Positions 1-13,179 of a DNA stretch of 64,000 nt are shown in pieces. The notes under the pieces were generated by a model. That model saw only the letters and a program-made list of their open reading frames with translations, made no database searches and was not told the origin of the DNA. Each line of letters begins with the position of its first letter. Within the stretch, counting starts at the first letter, position 1. Source of the DNA: Octopus sinensis (taxonomy: Eukaryota). The stretch lies in NCBI RefSeq assembly GCF_006345805.1, contig NC_042999.1:90148001-90212000 (forward strand), given 5' to 3'. Position numbers and translations under genes: made by a program.

Positions 1-859
1 TATGCTAGGTATTGATAAGCTAAAGTATGATAGATGGTAAGGAGAGTAGGAACATGTGTCTTGCTGCAAAAGAGATGTCTGGCTATTCCAGCTAGAAAGT
101 GAGAAAAGATGGTGGTGATAAGGTGTTAAGGCATACCCTCAAAATGCAAGAAGAAGAATATAAGAGAGTGAAAATGGAACAAAGGATTAGGAAGCATGTG
201 AAAGGGGAGTGGCAAATGGTTAGAGATGGAGAAGAGGTGAATTCAGTGAGCAGTGGGCACAGGTGAGAGCATGGTCATTGGTGAATACCATTTGTGAGGT
301 GGAAAGATGAGAGAAATAGGAGTGGGTCAGAGTGGAGAAGGTGATATGTAGTAGTAAGAAAAAAGGTTGGAGAGCAGCAGTATAATAAAACCATTTGTAG
401 ATGAGAAATAGGGAGATGATATGAAGTGTGAGGGGTTGGGATGAAAGAAGGATGTAGAATGATAGAGGCAGAGGTCAGTGGCACATAGGGGTGTATACAG
501 TGAGCAACAAATAAAAGTGGAGTGAAATATGTTAGAACCAGATATGGGAGGATGTTCAGGGGAAAGGGACAGTGAGTGGAAAATAAATGGGTAAGAAATG
601 ATATTGAGACTGCAGGATGAGTGACAAAAGAAAGTAGTTCCAAGGAGAGGAATAAATGGTAGCACAAAAGTGGGATGAGATATGTGCAGTTCTGCTCTCA
701 TATTATTACAGTTGCTGGGTGCTGTAGTAAGAAGAGCGATAGAGGATTGAGTGTTAGTATGATGAGTTGTAGTGAAAAGTTGGCAGGGACAGATTGGGTG
801 CAGAAATGGATGGATCTTCTCAACCATAGTAAATCATCATTCATCTTGATCATTTGTTA

Positions 860-2650
860 TCTCCTCAATGAAGTTCAGAATCCTGAGGTTGGTCTTCGCT
901 GTTTGTCTTCTTGGGTCTCCCTCTTCACAGGGTCCATCCATATTTAGCTATTGGCACTTCTTTATGTAGTGGTTCTCATCCATATGCATCACATGGTCAT
1001 ACCAGTACTGATTTCTCTCTTGCACATTATATCTTGTTCCTTTTACACATAATTTTTTCTCTTGATACATTTTTACTTTGTTGTACATGCACACTGATCT
1101 TACACATCCAGCAGAACATGCTAGCTTTATTTCTTACTTTAGTCTTTGAAAGTCTTCTATATCATATCCATGGCCTGTGTTTCACCACCATGTAACATTA
1201 CTTAGTACACAGACATCATACAATCAGCCTTTCTGTCTATTTGTTACAAACAGAGAAAACAGCTCTCTGAACTTTCCCCAGCTGGTTTTATTCTAGCAAA
1301 TACACTTGTAGAACATCGTCCACCTTAGCTAATTAGGCCATCTCCACTAGCAGAAACTATTTAGTGTCTCTAAGGATCCTCCTAGGCATTCCAGAAAATT
1401 CCATGCATTCTTATTGTTTATTGCTCCTGTGCATTTGCCACAAACAAAGTTTACTTTCTCTATCAACCTTCCTGCAATTCCACTGCACTTTTTACATGTC
1501 CATAGTTTGCACTGGGTACACCATATGGGATTTCTACCTACATATTTTCTACATAAAAAATAGATATGTCTTTTTTCCTGCTTACTAGAATTTTGGTTTT
1601 TGCTAAGTTAACTTGTTGGTGTTGCTTCTACATCTGGAATTTCTTTTCTAATGTTACTACAGATTCTACAGATTAAGCAATGAGAACAAAGACATCAGCA
1701 TAGAGGTGTCCCCACAACAACTGGTCTTAAACTACTTTGTTATGGCTGGGACGACTATGATAAATAAGAAGAATATGAAGGGGCTGAGAACTGAACCTTG
1801 TGAACCTCTACCTGTACACTAATTTGTTGTTGCATTCATTGCTAATTCTCACCTTACTGATAGTACCCTTGTACATCACTTGAATGGCTTTCACCTGCTA
1901 TTCAAATGTAGCTTCTGCAAGGACCACCTGATCAGGAAGCAAGGGACTCTGACTAAAACTTCCTCAAGGTTGACAAATGCCATAAATACTTTTGAAGTTG
2001 TTTTACTAGAAAGGGAGCATCAGTAGTGCTTCACCATGGAGCTAAACCAGACTGTATCTCATCTAGGACAACTCATTTTCTAATTAGTTGAGCTATTACT
2101 CTTTCTGTAATGTTCATGACTTGGTCCAGCAATTTGATACTTCTGTAATTACTTCTATATAAGGAATCTCCTTTACTCTTGAAATAATGGCCTATAATGC
2201 TCCTTCACCAGTATTTCACTCCGACGGATATTTTAAGCATTTCACTGGTAATTTCTAATGGACATGGGGATTTCTCTGTCTTCATATCCTTAACTATTTT
2301 AACATGCTGCTGTCAGTTAGAACGGTTGGTCCCTTTGTTGAGTTCACATTTGGAAGATACTTTCTATCAGACATTCTTCACATTTACTAACCTTTTGTAG
2401 TAGCACTTCCATGCCTCTTTTTTTTTCGGAATAAACTAAGTGCAAGTGTACCATTATCCACACATACACTGTTGTTACCCACAACATCTTGATTCTCTTT
2501 GATACATTGTCTTGCTAAGTGGAAAACCTCATGCCTTTCATGCTCATGCTGCAGAACATTGGCAAAGCTCTTTCTCCAGATTGATAGGTGATCAAGTGAC
2601 TGACTGACTCACTTGCATCAGAGAACTCTAGCATCTTTGTTCCCACCTCA
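860..2650 (-). mobile_element. Degraded RTE-clade LINE ORF (RT to C-terminus)
   Basis: Minus-strand remnants resemble FVNLxKAF, GSVLSPxxF, DSFCYLGD and the MLRWMC...WYGHV...RGRP motifs, broken by many stops and indels; boundaries approximate. Confidence 0.6.
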
Positions 2651-3617
2651 TTTCTAGAGCAAAAATGAATGAATCAAATGTGGTGCGATGTTGTTGCTTA
2701 GCTCAACGTCAGCACTGATTGAGCTAACCTAGGATAAAACATTCCAGCTGTGACCATGTGTTTTACTTTTAAAGTATCAAAAGATTCTACATAGTGTCAC
2801 CTACTTTTACCTACATCTGCATTCATTTGTCTTTTCTTTCTTTCACTACAAAGCTTAGCTACTTTTTCTGAATATTTTCCTTGTCAGATCAATATTTTGA
2901 TATTTTCATTATTATCTCTAATGTTTTGTTTGGCAATCTCACAGGATTATGACTCAATAGGCTAGTGAACTATCACCATATTGTGATGTTTCAATATCAA
3001 TACCTAAGTAGTTATAAACAGGTCCATAACTGTAATTGCTCATTGCAAAGTGCCAGTAATTTTAAATTATTGACTGTTCCAGTAGTTTGTAGAGTTAAAT
3101 TCAACTTCTTGGTTTTATCTTTATCGTAAGTTCACTACAATACCCGGTGGCTTATAGGGTTCAATGTCACAATGTTCAACATTAAACGAGCCAGTGATGG
3201 AGTTTCTACATGACCTCTTAACTTACTAAATCTTTCTCAAGTCATATCCCACCACCTAAGGTAATCTGAAGTACATTTTCTGAAAAAAGAAAAACATATA
3301 AATCTGCTGGATTAGGGCTGACTTTGGGCTAAACACCAGAAAAAACAAACCAAGGAGCCTCTGTGCAGTGGTGCAACTTCCTAGAAATGTAGAAATGGCA
3401 GTAAAATCTACCTCAAATCACAGTCTACAATTTTCAAAAGGAAAACACTAAAGGAAAACATTGTAATTGAAAAAAAAAATGAATGGTCTTGGTTTGAATG
3501 ACTTTATTCATAGTTTGCTGAGAACAGAACTGGGGCTAAATTATATATATTAAAAGGTTAAATCCTAAAATAGTTTTTTAAAAATTATTTCATGTCTACT
3601 TTATAAATAGGGTTGAG

Positions 3618-4720
3618 ATCATCATCATCATCATCATCGTTGTTTAATGTCCGCTTTCCATGCTGGCATGGGTTGAACGGTTTGACTGAGGACTGGTGAA
3701 CCAGAAGGCTGCACCAGACTCCAATCTGATCTGGCAAGGTTTCTACAACTGGATGCCCTTCCTAACGCCAACCACTCCGAGAGTGTAGTAGGTGCTTTTA
3801 CGTGCTACCATCATGAGGGCCAGTCAGGTGGTTTTGGCAACAACCATGCTCAAAAGATTCTTATTCTAGCAGCTACTCTTTCAGAGCATCCACCCCTGCT
3901 ACTGACTTGGTCCCGTAGGTAACGTAAGCTATCAACTACTTATAGTTTTTCTCCCTGGAATATGGTAGAAGTTGTTCTCTGCACACTTTCAGTATGTATA
4001 GCACCTGAGCATTTGCCACATACAAAAACTATCTTCCCAGGTAGCCTTCCTTTGATATTGCTGCACCTCTTATGTGTCCATAGCTTACACTGGCTACATC
4101 TTCTGGAGTTTCTACCCACACCTTTTCTACAGATTGAGCAGGACCATCTACCTGAAGGGATTTGTGGTTTGTCTGCCTTCCTACTTATTAAGACTTTGGT
4201 TTTAGCTAGGTTGACTCTAAGGCTATTTGATTCTAATCCTTGCTTCCGCACCTGAAACTTTTCCTCTAGTTCTGATAGTGACTCAGCAATTAGAGCAAGG
4301 TCATCAGTATAGAGGAGCTCCCAGAGGCATCCTGTCTTGAATTCCTCTGGAAAACTATGATGAATAAGAGGGGCTTGAGGACTGATCCTTGGTGGACTCC
4401 TACCCCTACCCGGAATTCTTCGCTGTACTCAGTGCCAACCCTCAATTTACAGACAGCATCCCTATACATGGCTTGCACAGCTCTCACTAACCATTCATCT
4501 ATCCCTAGTTTCCTCATTGACCACCAGATAAGGGATCGGGGGACCCTGTCAAAGGCTTTCTCTATGTCAACGAAAGCCAGGTGCAGAGGTTTATCATTGG
4601 CTGTTATTTATAAATTTGGATGTTTTGGGAGAAAGTATTTTTGCAGCTGAATGTGTTCTGCTGCAAAAATCTTAACCATTAACTCGATAACCTTGCCATA
4701 TCCAATGGGAAAGTTAAAAA
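3618..4720 (-). mobile_element. RTE-clade LINE fragment (RT core plus Cys/His finger) joined to its (GAT)n-tailed 3' end
   Basis: ORFs 4290-4517 (MRKLGIDEWLVRAVQAMY...GVHQGSVLKPLLFIIV) and 3940-4251 (LRVNLAKTKVL...CSICRKGVGRNS..CSQCKLWTHKRC); LLYTDDL motif near 4300; tail repeat at 3618-3850. Confidence 0.85.
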
Positions 4721-5299
4721 CATTTGTTTGAATAATATGCAAATTAACAACATTGTATAAAAGCCTTTGTTAGAATCAGGAGATGAATTTTGTTAAAAAA
4801 ATATGAAGAGAAAATATATGATAGTAAAAAAGAAAGAAAGGTGGAAAGGGAAAGCAAATATGCTAATTAGAATTTTGTTGTGCAAATATTTGGTAATTTT
4901 CATAAATTGTTATTATTGAATAATATATTGACTATTGGCTAAAAATGAGCAAAAGTGGTGATGGTAGCCAAAAATATAAGTAAATTATATGAACAAAATT
5001 ATAACTGAATAATATAAATTTTTGTGATAAAAAGGGAAATTTATCAAATTAAGTATAACAATAATAGTTTCCAATACATATAGTGAAAAGGTTTCTTGAT
5101 TATTTGTTAAATATAAATCAGAAAGCCTTCAATAAATTTATAAATTCTGCTGATCCAAAACACATTCTATTATTGCAAACAATATGTCAATAAAAGTCAT
5201 TGTTAAAATATAATTGTTTAAGAATGAGACTTCATAATGGGTTATTTGTATTTTATTATGAATGAATGTTGTTAATAAGGTGTTTTTTTTGTGTTGATC

Positions 5300-6560
5300 A
5301 ACTCAAATTTCTGTGACAAGAACAGAAATTGTTCTGATGGTCTAGATCTGTAGTGAAGATTGTTGACAGGTGTTGGGTAAAATCTCTTGTGGTGGTTGTT
5401 AGTAAGTTATGCTGAAGTAGCTGACTTAATGTTAAGTAGTTGGACTAAGTCTGTGACAGGATTGAAATTGACAGCTGTTATACAAGTGTTCACTATACTC
5501 AATAATACCTCAATGTGCTCTAATGGTGACACACATGTTTATAACTGAAAATTTTAAAACTACAATTAAGGAAGTACATTATGCTTTTAAGTTATGTTTT
5601 GGGCCATCAATGCTGTGAAGTTAGGTTTTGTAAGTCAACTAGATCTGCTTGTTCCAGTTTGCTTGACTCAACAAAGGACAACTTTCACATTAGAGTTGAG
5701 AAATTAGCAATAAATTCAGCTGTTTTTGTGTTTCTTGTAGATAATGTTTTATTTGTTACTGTTTAGCCCAGCCACCCATCATCTCTGATTGAGCAGATCT
5801 AAAGCATTCCAACTGTGACTATCCTACCTTGATTTAGATACAGTCTGAGATCACATTGTCTAGTCTGTTCTCTTTTTCTATATAGAAGGGTTGTAAGTTA
5901 GGGTGAAGTTCACTGTTTCTGGCAGGCCAAATGGCTACATAAGGACTCTTTTGTCGATTAAGGGTGTTGTAGATGTGTCTGTTTGTTTTGGGGGTAGAGA
6001 TTAGGAAGTTTAGACAGTGTTCCTTATAATTTTGCTGTGTTATGCAGGTTGTTTGCAGATGTGTTCTGTGTGTAACCTGTGATGATGCAAACTGCATTGG
6101 TTTGTGTACTTTGTAGTTTAATGTGGAGAGATTGGTTGCCCAAGTAAGACTGGCATAATCATTGATGCATTGAATGTGTTGTTAGCTTGCTACTGTTCTG
6201 ATTTCTTTATGTTAGCCACAAAGTGTCTTTGAGCAATTTCCATATTATATGTACTATGTGTACAATGACGTATGGCATGCAATGCAAAGTATTTTCATCT
6301 TTTTTATGTATATATTGATGCCAGTGAGATTGATGTTTGGATTGTATTTGATGTTTTTTAGTTTTTCTTATGAGAGGAGAGATTTGGTAAGCGCTTTGGA
6401 TCTAAGTTTCTAGGTGATTGATGTATGGTTTATGTTCTATGATGTGACTAGTGTAAGAATATGACTGGTATCATTTGGGTATGATTTGTAGGTGTGCAAG
6501 CAAGTCATTTACATAGAAGTTAAAAAGTAGATGAGAAGACAGATCCTGGTAGTTGTTAAT
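5300..6560 (-). mobile_element. Highly degraded non-LTR (I/Jockey-like) RT relic
   Basis: Minus strand shows QGSVFS..FNFYVNDL near 6500-6550 and DYASLTW...ITG-like motifs near 6080-6160; many stops. Confidence 0.45.
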
Positions 6561-6766
6561 GTATATCTTTATATCACCTCTATGCTACTGTATATCTACT
6601 CTACACCTACTGTGTATGTAGTGTACATCTACTATCTATCTGCTGTAAACATGTACATCTACTGTATACCTACTTTATGACTGCTGTGTATATAGTGTTC
6701 ATCTATATATATCTATCTTACATTTGCTATATATCTACTGCACATCTTTTGTTTACCAAGTGTACA

Positions 6767-7300
6767 TCTATTATATAAAATCCGTTCTGTGTGTGTGTGT
6801 GTGTGTGTGTGTGTCTTCTAGGATCTTGGGCATCCTCCATCTGATTGCGCTCAAATTTGATATGTAGATACTGATGGTATCAGGGCGTGTATAAGTCATG
6901 AAAAAATTACAAAAATCAATTCCAGGTGAGAATGCGATCGATAAAGCCGTTTTTGTCCTGCTTTTCTTCCGCCAACTTGTACATAACTGCACCTTCTGTT
7001 TTTTGTTGTTTTTGTACTGCTTAAAGGCACATTTCTTTCCTTCCAAGCTTACATTTTAGACCATGTTTGTGTTCTCCCAGTCAACAGTACTTTAAACTCT
7101 TTGGTTGCATATTTGTGTGAATAAAATTGTTTTTCTTTAGAATAGAAAAAAGTCTATCTTTATTTCTTCTTTTGTTGGTGTCTCAAATTTAGGTTAAATC
7201 AGTGTTTCTCAAAGGGGAGGCCAAAAGGACAGTCGAACAAGTTGTTTTGAGAAAATTTGGTTTAAATGTTTGACACATGGGGTGGGGGGTGCGTTTTGCT
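6767..7300 (+). mobile_element. Helitron-like non-autonomous element 5' portion
   Basis: A|TCTATTATATAAAA start followed by a (TG)n tract and a CTGATTGCGCTCAAATTTG motif; no clear 3' hairpin-CTRR found. Confidence 0.4.
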
Positions 7301-8267
7301 CATACTGTATATTTCGAGTATATTTACTTTATGTCTAACACACACATACACTTACACAGATATCTTCAATCTAGCAAAAAGGATATGCACTATAGTCTCT
7401 AACGCAAACACCAGAGACACACGACTACAAGAACTAAAAGATACCCTAATCACCAGGAACTATCCACCTTCACTTATTGACAAATGCATTCAACGTGCCC
7501 TTCAACTTAACATCAAGGAACTGAGACATCCCAAATCAAAGAAAAACTTACAACCAAAAGCCTTACCATACATCTCCACACACAACCCTCTCAATAACGA
7601 AGCCTTCGACACCATCCTCCACAACATACCCCTCCTAAAAAAGACCACAGAATGAACACAATCCTCCAAACACACATGATCATAAAAAGCAAAAGACAGC
7701 CTAGATCCATGAAAAGTCTCCTTACACAAGCCCGAATTCACTCTTCAACACAGAAGCCAACAGTAAAAAAATGTGGAAGACCCAATTGCGGGATATGCGA
7801 CTATCTAATCGAGGGTTCTGAGTTCTCCTTCAAACAGGGACAACGTTTTACAGTGAAAAGCAACTTCACATGTGCTTCGGAGAACCTAATATACTCACTA
7901 ACCTGCTCCGGGTGTCAAGAGCAGTACATAGGCCAAACAAAAAATGGTTTGCGTAAACGAATGGCCCTGCACAGATCCCAGATAAAAATTCCCCAAAACA
8001 GAAAAATAGCTTTTAGCCAACACATAGATACTTGCGCCAACCAAAAAACACCAAACTTCAGAATTTTCCCCCTCTACCAATTTAGGGACGATACAACCTT
8101 GAGACAACGAATAAGTAAAGAAAATCTCTTTATTACAAAATACAAGCCACTTCTACGACAAACAATTAATATACCTCAACTTTAGAATAAAAGAAAAAAA
8201 TATATATACACACACAAATACTACACTCCATAGAATCCATTACTAATCAGCCCCTTCATAGCTATAT

Positions 8268-8513
8268 TTACACCCATTCATATTCTCCCTTCTCTGTTTT
8301 TTTCTTCTTCTTCTTCTTCCTCTTCTTCTTCATCATCATCGGCATCATCATCATCGCCACCATCATCACCACCATCTTCTCCTTCTCCTCCTTCTTCTTC
8401 TTCTTCTTCTTCATCATCATCGTTATCATCATCATCGTCGTTATAATCATCACCACCATCACCATCATCGTCTTCTCCTTCTCCTTCTCCTCCTTCTTCT
8501 TCTTCTTCTCCAC
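8268..8513. repeat. Compound (TTC)n/(ATC)n microsatellite in the Penelope 3' UTR
   Basis: Directly visible triplet runs; source of the spurious poly-K/M ORF. Confidence 0.95.
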
Positions 8514-8858
8514 CCCCTACCCCTTAAGTTTGTCACTAATGTTTTTTAGTATAACACCTACGCTAATTCTATAAACAAGCCTGTCAATATAAATATTCTC
8601 CTGAATTGAACTGAGACTGCCAGCCGCCACTGACCATTCAAAATACGACCATCAGGGCACTCCCAGATTCTCCCACCCCCCTTTCCTCACCAGCCTTCCC
8701 TCTACTACCCTACCAAGAACTCACAACTACCTCGAACACACAAGTGCAAACAAGGGAGTCAGAGAAAGGCAGAATGCCACTTAAATCTGAACACTACTAT
8801 AGAAATATTCTTTTAAAAAAACTTTTCTTCTAATTTTTCTAAATTTAATTATTTAATC

Positions 8859-8904
8859 GTTACAGTTGAAAAGGTCTCAAAATGACCGAAACCGGTACTG
8901 AAAT
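8859..8904 (+). ncRNA. Minimal type I hammerhead ribozyme motif, U3/A8 core variant
   Basis: GTTACAG-TTGAAAA-GGTC(TCAAAAT)GACC-GAA-ACCGGT-A-CTGAAAT: stem I 6 of 7 pairs, 4-bp stem II, palindromic stem III, GUA cleavage triplet. Confidence 0.7.
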
Positions 8905-8949
8905 GTTCACTATAAAATTATTTTAGCATTTTCTATTTTTTACTTGTTT

Positions 8950-8994
<45 letters not shown>

Positions 8995-9439
8995 ATATCT
9001 ACTTAGTCTTCTGTTTTATATAAAAACTATGTCTATTTGCAAATTCTTTGCAACTATTCTGTTTTATTGTAATAAGGATTAGTGACACACTTATATATTT
9101 ATGTATTTAAGATAACAAGCATAAATTTAACTACGTTTGTTATAAACTATGTCACTGATCTGTTCATAGTCATTCTACTTCACTTATGTTACCTATATTT
9201 CAGATAAAGGTTTGCAGACATTACTTTGTCTTATTTTTACTTTTTGAAAAAGGCATGAATATCACATCTTCTCGTTTCTCTTTCTCTGAAATGTAGTCGA
9301 CATATTTTATGCCTCTATCAAAGATATATATTGCTGCTTTTAATTTTGATACTGCTACTGCTGCTGCTTTATAATAATGATTCATAGTTCAGTTTTATTA
9401 TAGAGAGGACAGGATTGCTTGAAAAGTCCCTAGTATATT

Positions 9440-10790
9440 GCAGGTACAAATTTTATTGAGCAAGTTCAGATGAAAGCATATGAGTGAAATACTGACTTGT
9501 ACATGGTCTTTATCGACTTGACCAGAGCCTTTCATACAGTAAATCATGAGGTGCTTTGGAAAATTTTGTCAAAATTTGGTCTTCCTGATAAAATGATAAT
9601 TAAGGGTAACAGTATCTCTGCACAAAGAAATGAAGGGTGAAATGACAGTCAATGTTCAGAGGCATTTTCTGTTGCCACTGGAACCAAACAAGGTTGTGCT
9701 TTAACTCCTGTACTTTTGACCATATTCTTTCTGATAGTATTCCATCATGCTTTTAGGGATTACTGTGAAGGTGTAAAATTTCAATTTCGCACAGAAGGAG
9801 GTCTACTAAATCTAAATGGACAAAGCTTCAGATCAAAGAAAATGACCAAGGAAGAGATTCTATGTGATTTTCTGTTTGCTGATGTTTGTGCTTTGATTTC
9901 TCATACATTTGAGGGAACTCAGTGGCTTGTACATTTGGGCAGACTAGCAGCATTAAGAAGACTGAAGTTTTATTTCAGCTGAAGCCTGGGGCAAAACATA
10001 CTCAAAATTCAAATGTAATGATTGATGACAAGCCACTGAAATGGATCAGGTCATTTAAATATCTTGAAAATACAGTACTCTTGATGACGAAATCAATGTT
10101 AGAATATCTAAGGCTACAAATGCTGTTGGAAAACATTCCCATCGTCTGTGGGATGAACACAGTGTCAGTCTGAAAACTAAAATAAGTGTATACAAATCTT
10201 GTGTTTTGAGCACACTTTTGTATGGGATAGAAGCATGGACTCCCCTATTACAGACATGTAAAGAAACTTGAAACCTTTCACATGTGCTGTCTGCACAATA
10301 TCTGCAACATAAAATGGCAGGATAAGATATCAAATGTCAAAATCTTAGGAAAATGGGATATCTCCAATATCTAAAACATGCTGCTGAGAATTCAGTGCAA
10401 ATGGGTAGGACATGTTTGAATGAAAGATGACTGCATTCCAAAAATTCTTTTGTATGACCAACAAGTAGAGGGATAACATGGTAAAGGAAGACCAGTCCTT
10501 AGACTTTAGGATAAGTTGAAGCAAACACTAAAGTTTCTACATCTTAACTTGACATCTTGGGAAAGACATTGCCTAGATTGATCTGCGTGGCATAAAATGT
10601 GTTGTGAGGCATCAAAACAATTTGAATTGAAGAAACAGAACAATAACAGAAATATATACTGCAATCAACAGACACATTAGTCCAATTCCAGGCAAAATCA
10701 AAATCATCAGTGTCCCCATTGTGACTTTATAGCAAAATCCAATCCTGGACTCAAATTACATTCATGCATCCATCACAAATAGATGCAACT
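9440..10790 (+). mobile_element. RTE/BovB-like LINE 3' half, degraded
   Basis: LYMVFIDLTRAFHTVNHEVLWKILSKFG, TKQGC, FRTEGGLLNL, DFLFAD, IPKILLY...GRPVLR and C-terminal CPHC motifs across shifting frames. Confidence 0.85.
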
Positions 10791-11791
10791 TCTTTTGTTC
10801 TTTTATCTTTAAAAGTAGTTTTCTCTTTTACTTACTTTTTTTTCTTTAAATCTTCTCCTTGAAATACTCATATGTCGAAATCAATGGGAGTAACCATCAC
10901 CATCATTATACCATTTTCATTGTATCATTTGTTATTCCATGCTGATCTGTGTCTTGGTCCTTATTACTGCATCCTTCTATTATTTTCCCACTCATTTGTT
11001 CTCTTCAACCAGTAATTTGCAACTGTTGAATCAGTCAAAATTAATCATGCTCTCAGACTATCTAAAAGATATCTACATATGCTATTATCTAATGGTATTT
11101 AATCCTTTATCAATTCAACTGGCCATATCCAGCCCAAATATTCTGTTTTAACTTCAAACTGACCAGATCTGGCTTCTCACCTATCCTACAATGTCATTCT
11201 GAAAATCAAAAAGTATAGCATCAAAATCTTGAAGCTATGAGATAATGCATGATTAATTCAAAACTATGTGAATAAATAAACCTCAGATTTAACAGTAATC
11301 TGAAAGTTAAAGGCTAATGCTAGTTTGGGGTGTTAACTGAGCTAATGAAATACTTCTGTGATCATTTAGTGTCCTTCTTGTAAGCTTGCATGATAGCAAT
11401 CAAAAAAGTGTTGTCCACTTTTTAACTGAATTATATTTTCTACTGATATCTCAGAAATATATCAGGGAAAGAATGTTGGCAAATGGACAAAATGATATCC
11501 TGTCTAGGACAATTAGTTTGGATACAAAGTTGAAACAGTAGACATTTGATATTGGCATAGTTATTTTGTTACATGATATATCGGTTGAATATATTACATG
11601 CCTATATATATATATATATATTTATTTATTTATAAATTAAAAGTGTAGCTTATTAGCACAGTTAGAACCTACCCTTTGTCAGTCATTAAGTATAGTGCTT
11701 TAGTGGCTTTGAAGTTAATTTAACTCTTATTTTAGCATAAGCAGTGCTACTCAGCAACCTCCATCACTTTTGTGACCTCAACACACATACA

Positions 11792-11836
<45 letters not shown>

Positions 11837-11837
11837 T

Positions 11838-12233
11838 AATAGCTATTGCCAAGCTAACATGGCAGTCCAGAAAAATAGGATGAATACTGCCGTTGATTAG
11901 CTCCAAGAGGCCATCACCTCTAACTAGCTATGTGACACACAAGCCTGTGTCCATTACAACCTTTGAACAGGGGATGTCAGCAGCTTCCCCCTTGCTGGTT
12001 CAACATTCACAGACTAGTTTCAGGGTGATTGCCCCTTATCAATCACTCCAAAACTAGTCTGTGGATGTTGAACTAGCAAGGGGGAAGCTGCTGACCTCCC
12101 CTGTTCGAAGGTTGTAATGGACACAGGTTTGTGTGTCACATAGCTAGCTAGAGGCGATGGCCTCTTGGAGCTAGTCAACATTTGCATTTGTCCTATTTTT
12201 CTGGACTGCCATGTCAGCTTGGCGATAACTATT
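11838..12233. mobile_element. Foldback (palindromic) MITE-like element, 194-bp arms
   Basis: Ungapped inverted repeat centred at 12035.5 with 21 mismatches in 194 bp and an 8-nt loop CCCCTTAT; TA-rich flanks. Confidence 0.85.
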
Positions 12234-12698
12234 TATATCCAGTACTGCTGCCGTAGTCTCCTTTAGAGAGATTTAGAAATATTAATATATATATATATAT
12301 AAATATATAAATGCCACTCCCTCAATTACAACAATGATCAATGGAACAACCTGCTTGTGAAATTAATGTTCAAATGGTTGAGCACTCCACAAAAATGTGT
12401 ACCCTTAACGTAATTCCCAGGGAGATTCAGCATGACACAGAATGTGACAAGGCCGGCGCTTTGAATTAGAGGTACAACTCATTTTTGCCAGCTGACTGAA
12501 CTGGAGCAATGTGAAGTGAAGTGTCTTCCTGAAAGACATAATGCACCGCTGGGAATCAAAGTAATGACCTTAGAATCATGAGACGAATACTTTAACCATT
12601 AAGTCATGTGCCTTCACTCACACACACACACACACACACATATCTATCTATCTATCTATATCTATCTATATATATATATATATACACACACACATATC

Positions 12699-12730
<32 letters not shown>

Positions 12731-13132
12731 TATTTGTAACATACATATATACATTCATACACACATGCATGAGGGCTGTTGACTCTATTGAATATAACCA
12801 CTTTTTGTACACCCTTTATGCTTTTACCAATGGGTTCCCACAATGACAAAGACACATAAGTATGGCAAGACCAAAGTTCTGCTTCCTAGATACCTGTGGC
12901 ACTTCAGCAGAAGATGCAGATGTACAGGTGACTGGAAAATTGAAGCTGGTCACCTATATTACATCTTCCCTTGTCACACTATTTCATTGTTGCAGACTTG
13001 TTTTATACTCTGACTGTTGCAACAGAAGTTCCATCATCTGTTTGCAATTTGAAAAAGTGTGGGTTATGACTTGCTTTCTGTCACAAGAGAGGGAGGAAGA
13101 AAAAGAGTGCGTGAATAAGTGAAAAGAGATAG

Positions 13133-13179
<47 letters not shown>

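Larger units (their letters stand above)
7355..8950 (+). mobile_element. 5'-truncated Penelope-like element (RT thumb, Cys-rich linker, GIY-YIG endonuclease, 3' UTR)
   Basis: ORF 7266-7655 (LAKRICTIVSN...RLQELKDTLITRNYP...LPYISTHNP) and ORF 7652-8185 (CGRPNCGIC...FTC..NLIYSLTCSGCQEQYIGQT...RMALH...KENLFI) are separated by a 1-nt shift in an A-run; hammerhead-like motif near the 3' end. Confidence 0.92.

Noticed and set aside
275-827. 130- and 166-aa minus-strand ORFs
   Set aside because: Low-complexity purine/pyrimidine-biased DNA; no domain or splice support.
7200-7220. CAGTGTTTCTCAAA, a hAT-like terminus
   Set aside because: No matching opposite end or target duplication found.
11473-11510. 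ATG...TCTAG (MLANGQNDILSR) as possible BLTP3 exon 1
   Set aside because: No GT donor follows, and it does not match the conserved N-terminus.
12770-13100. Possible mariner end (TGAGGGCTGTT, similar to TACGAGGG-type TIRs)
   Set aside because: No partner TIR or convincing transposase motif; too weak to call.
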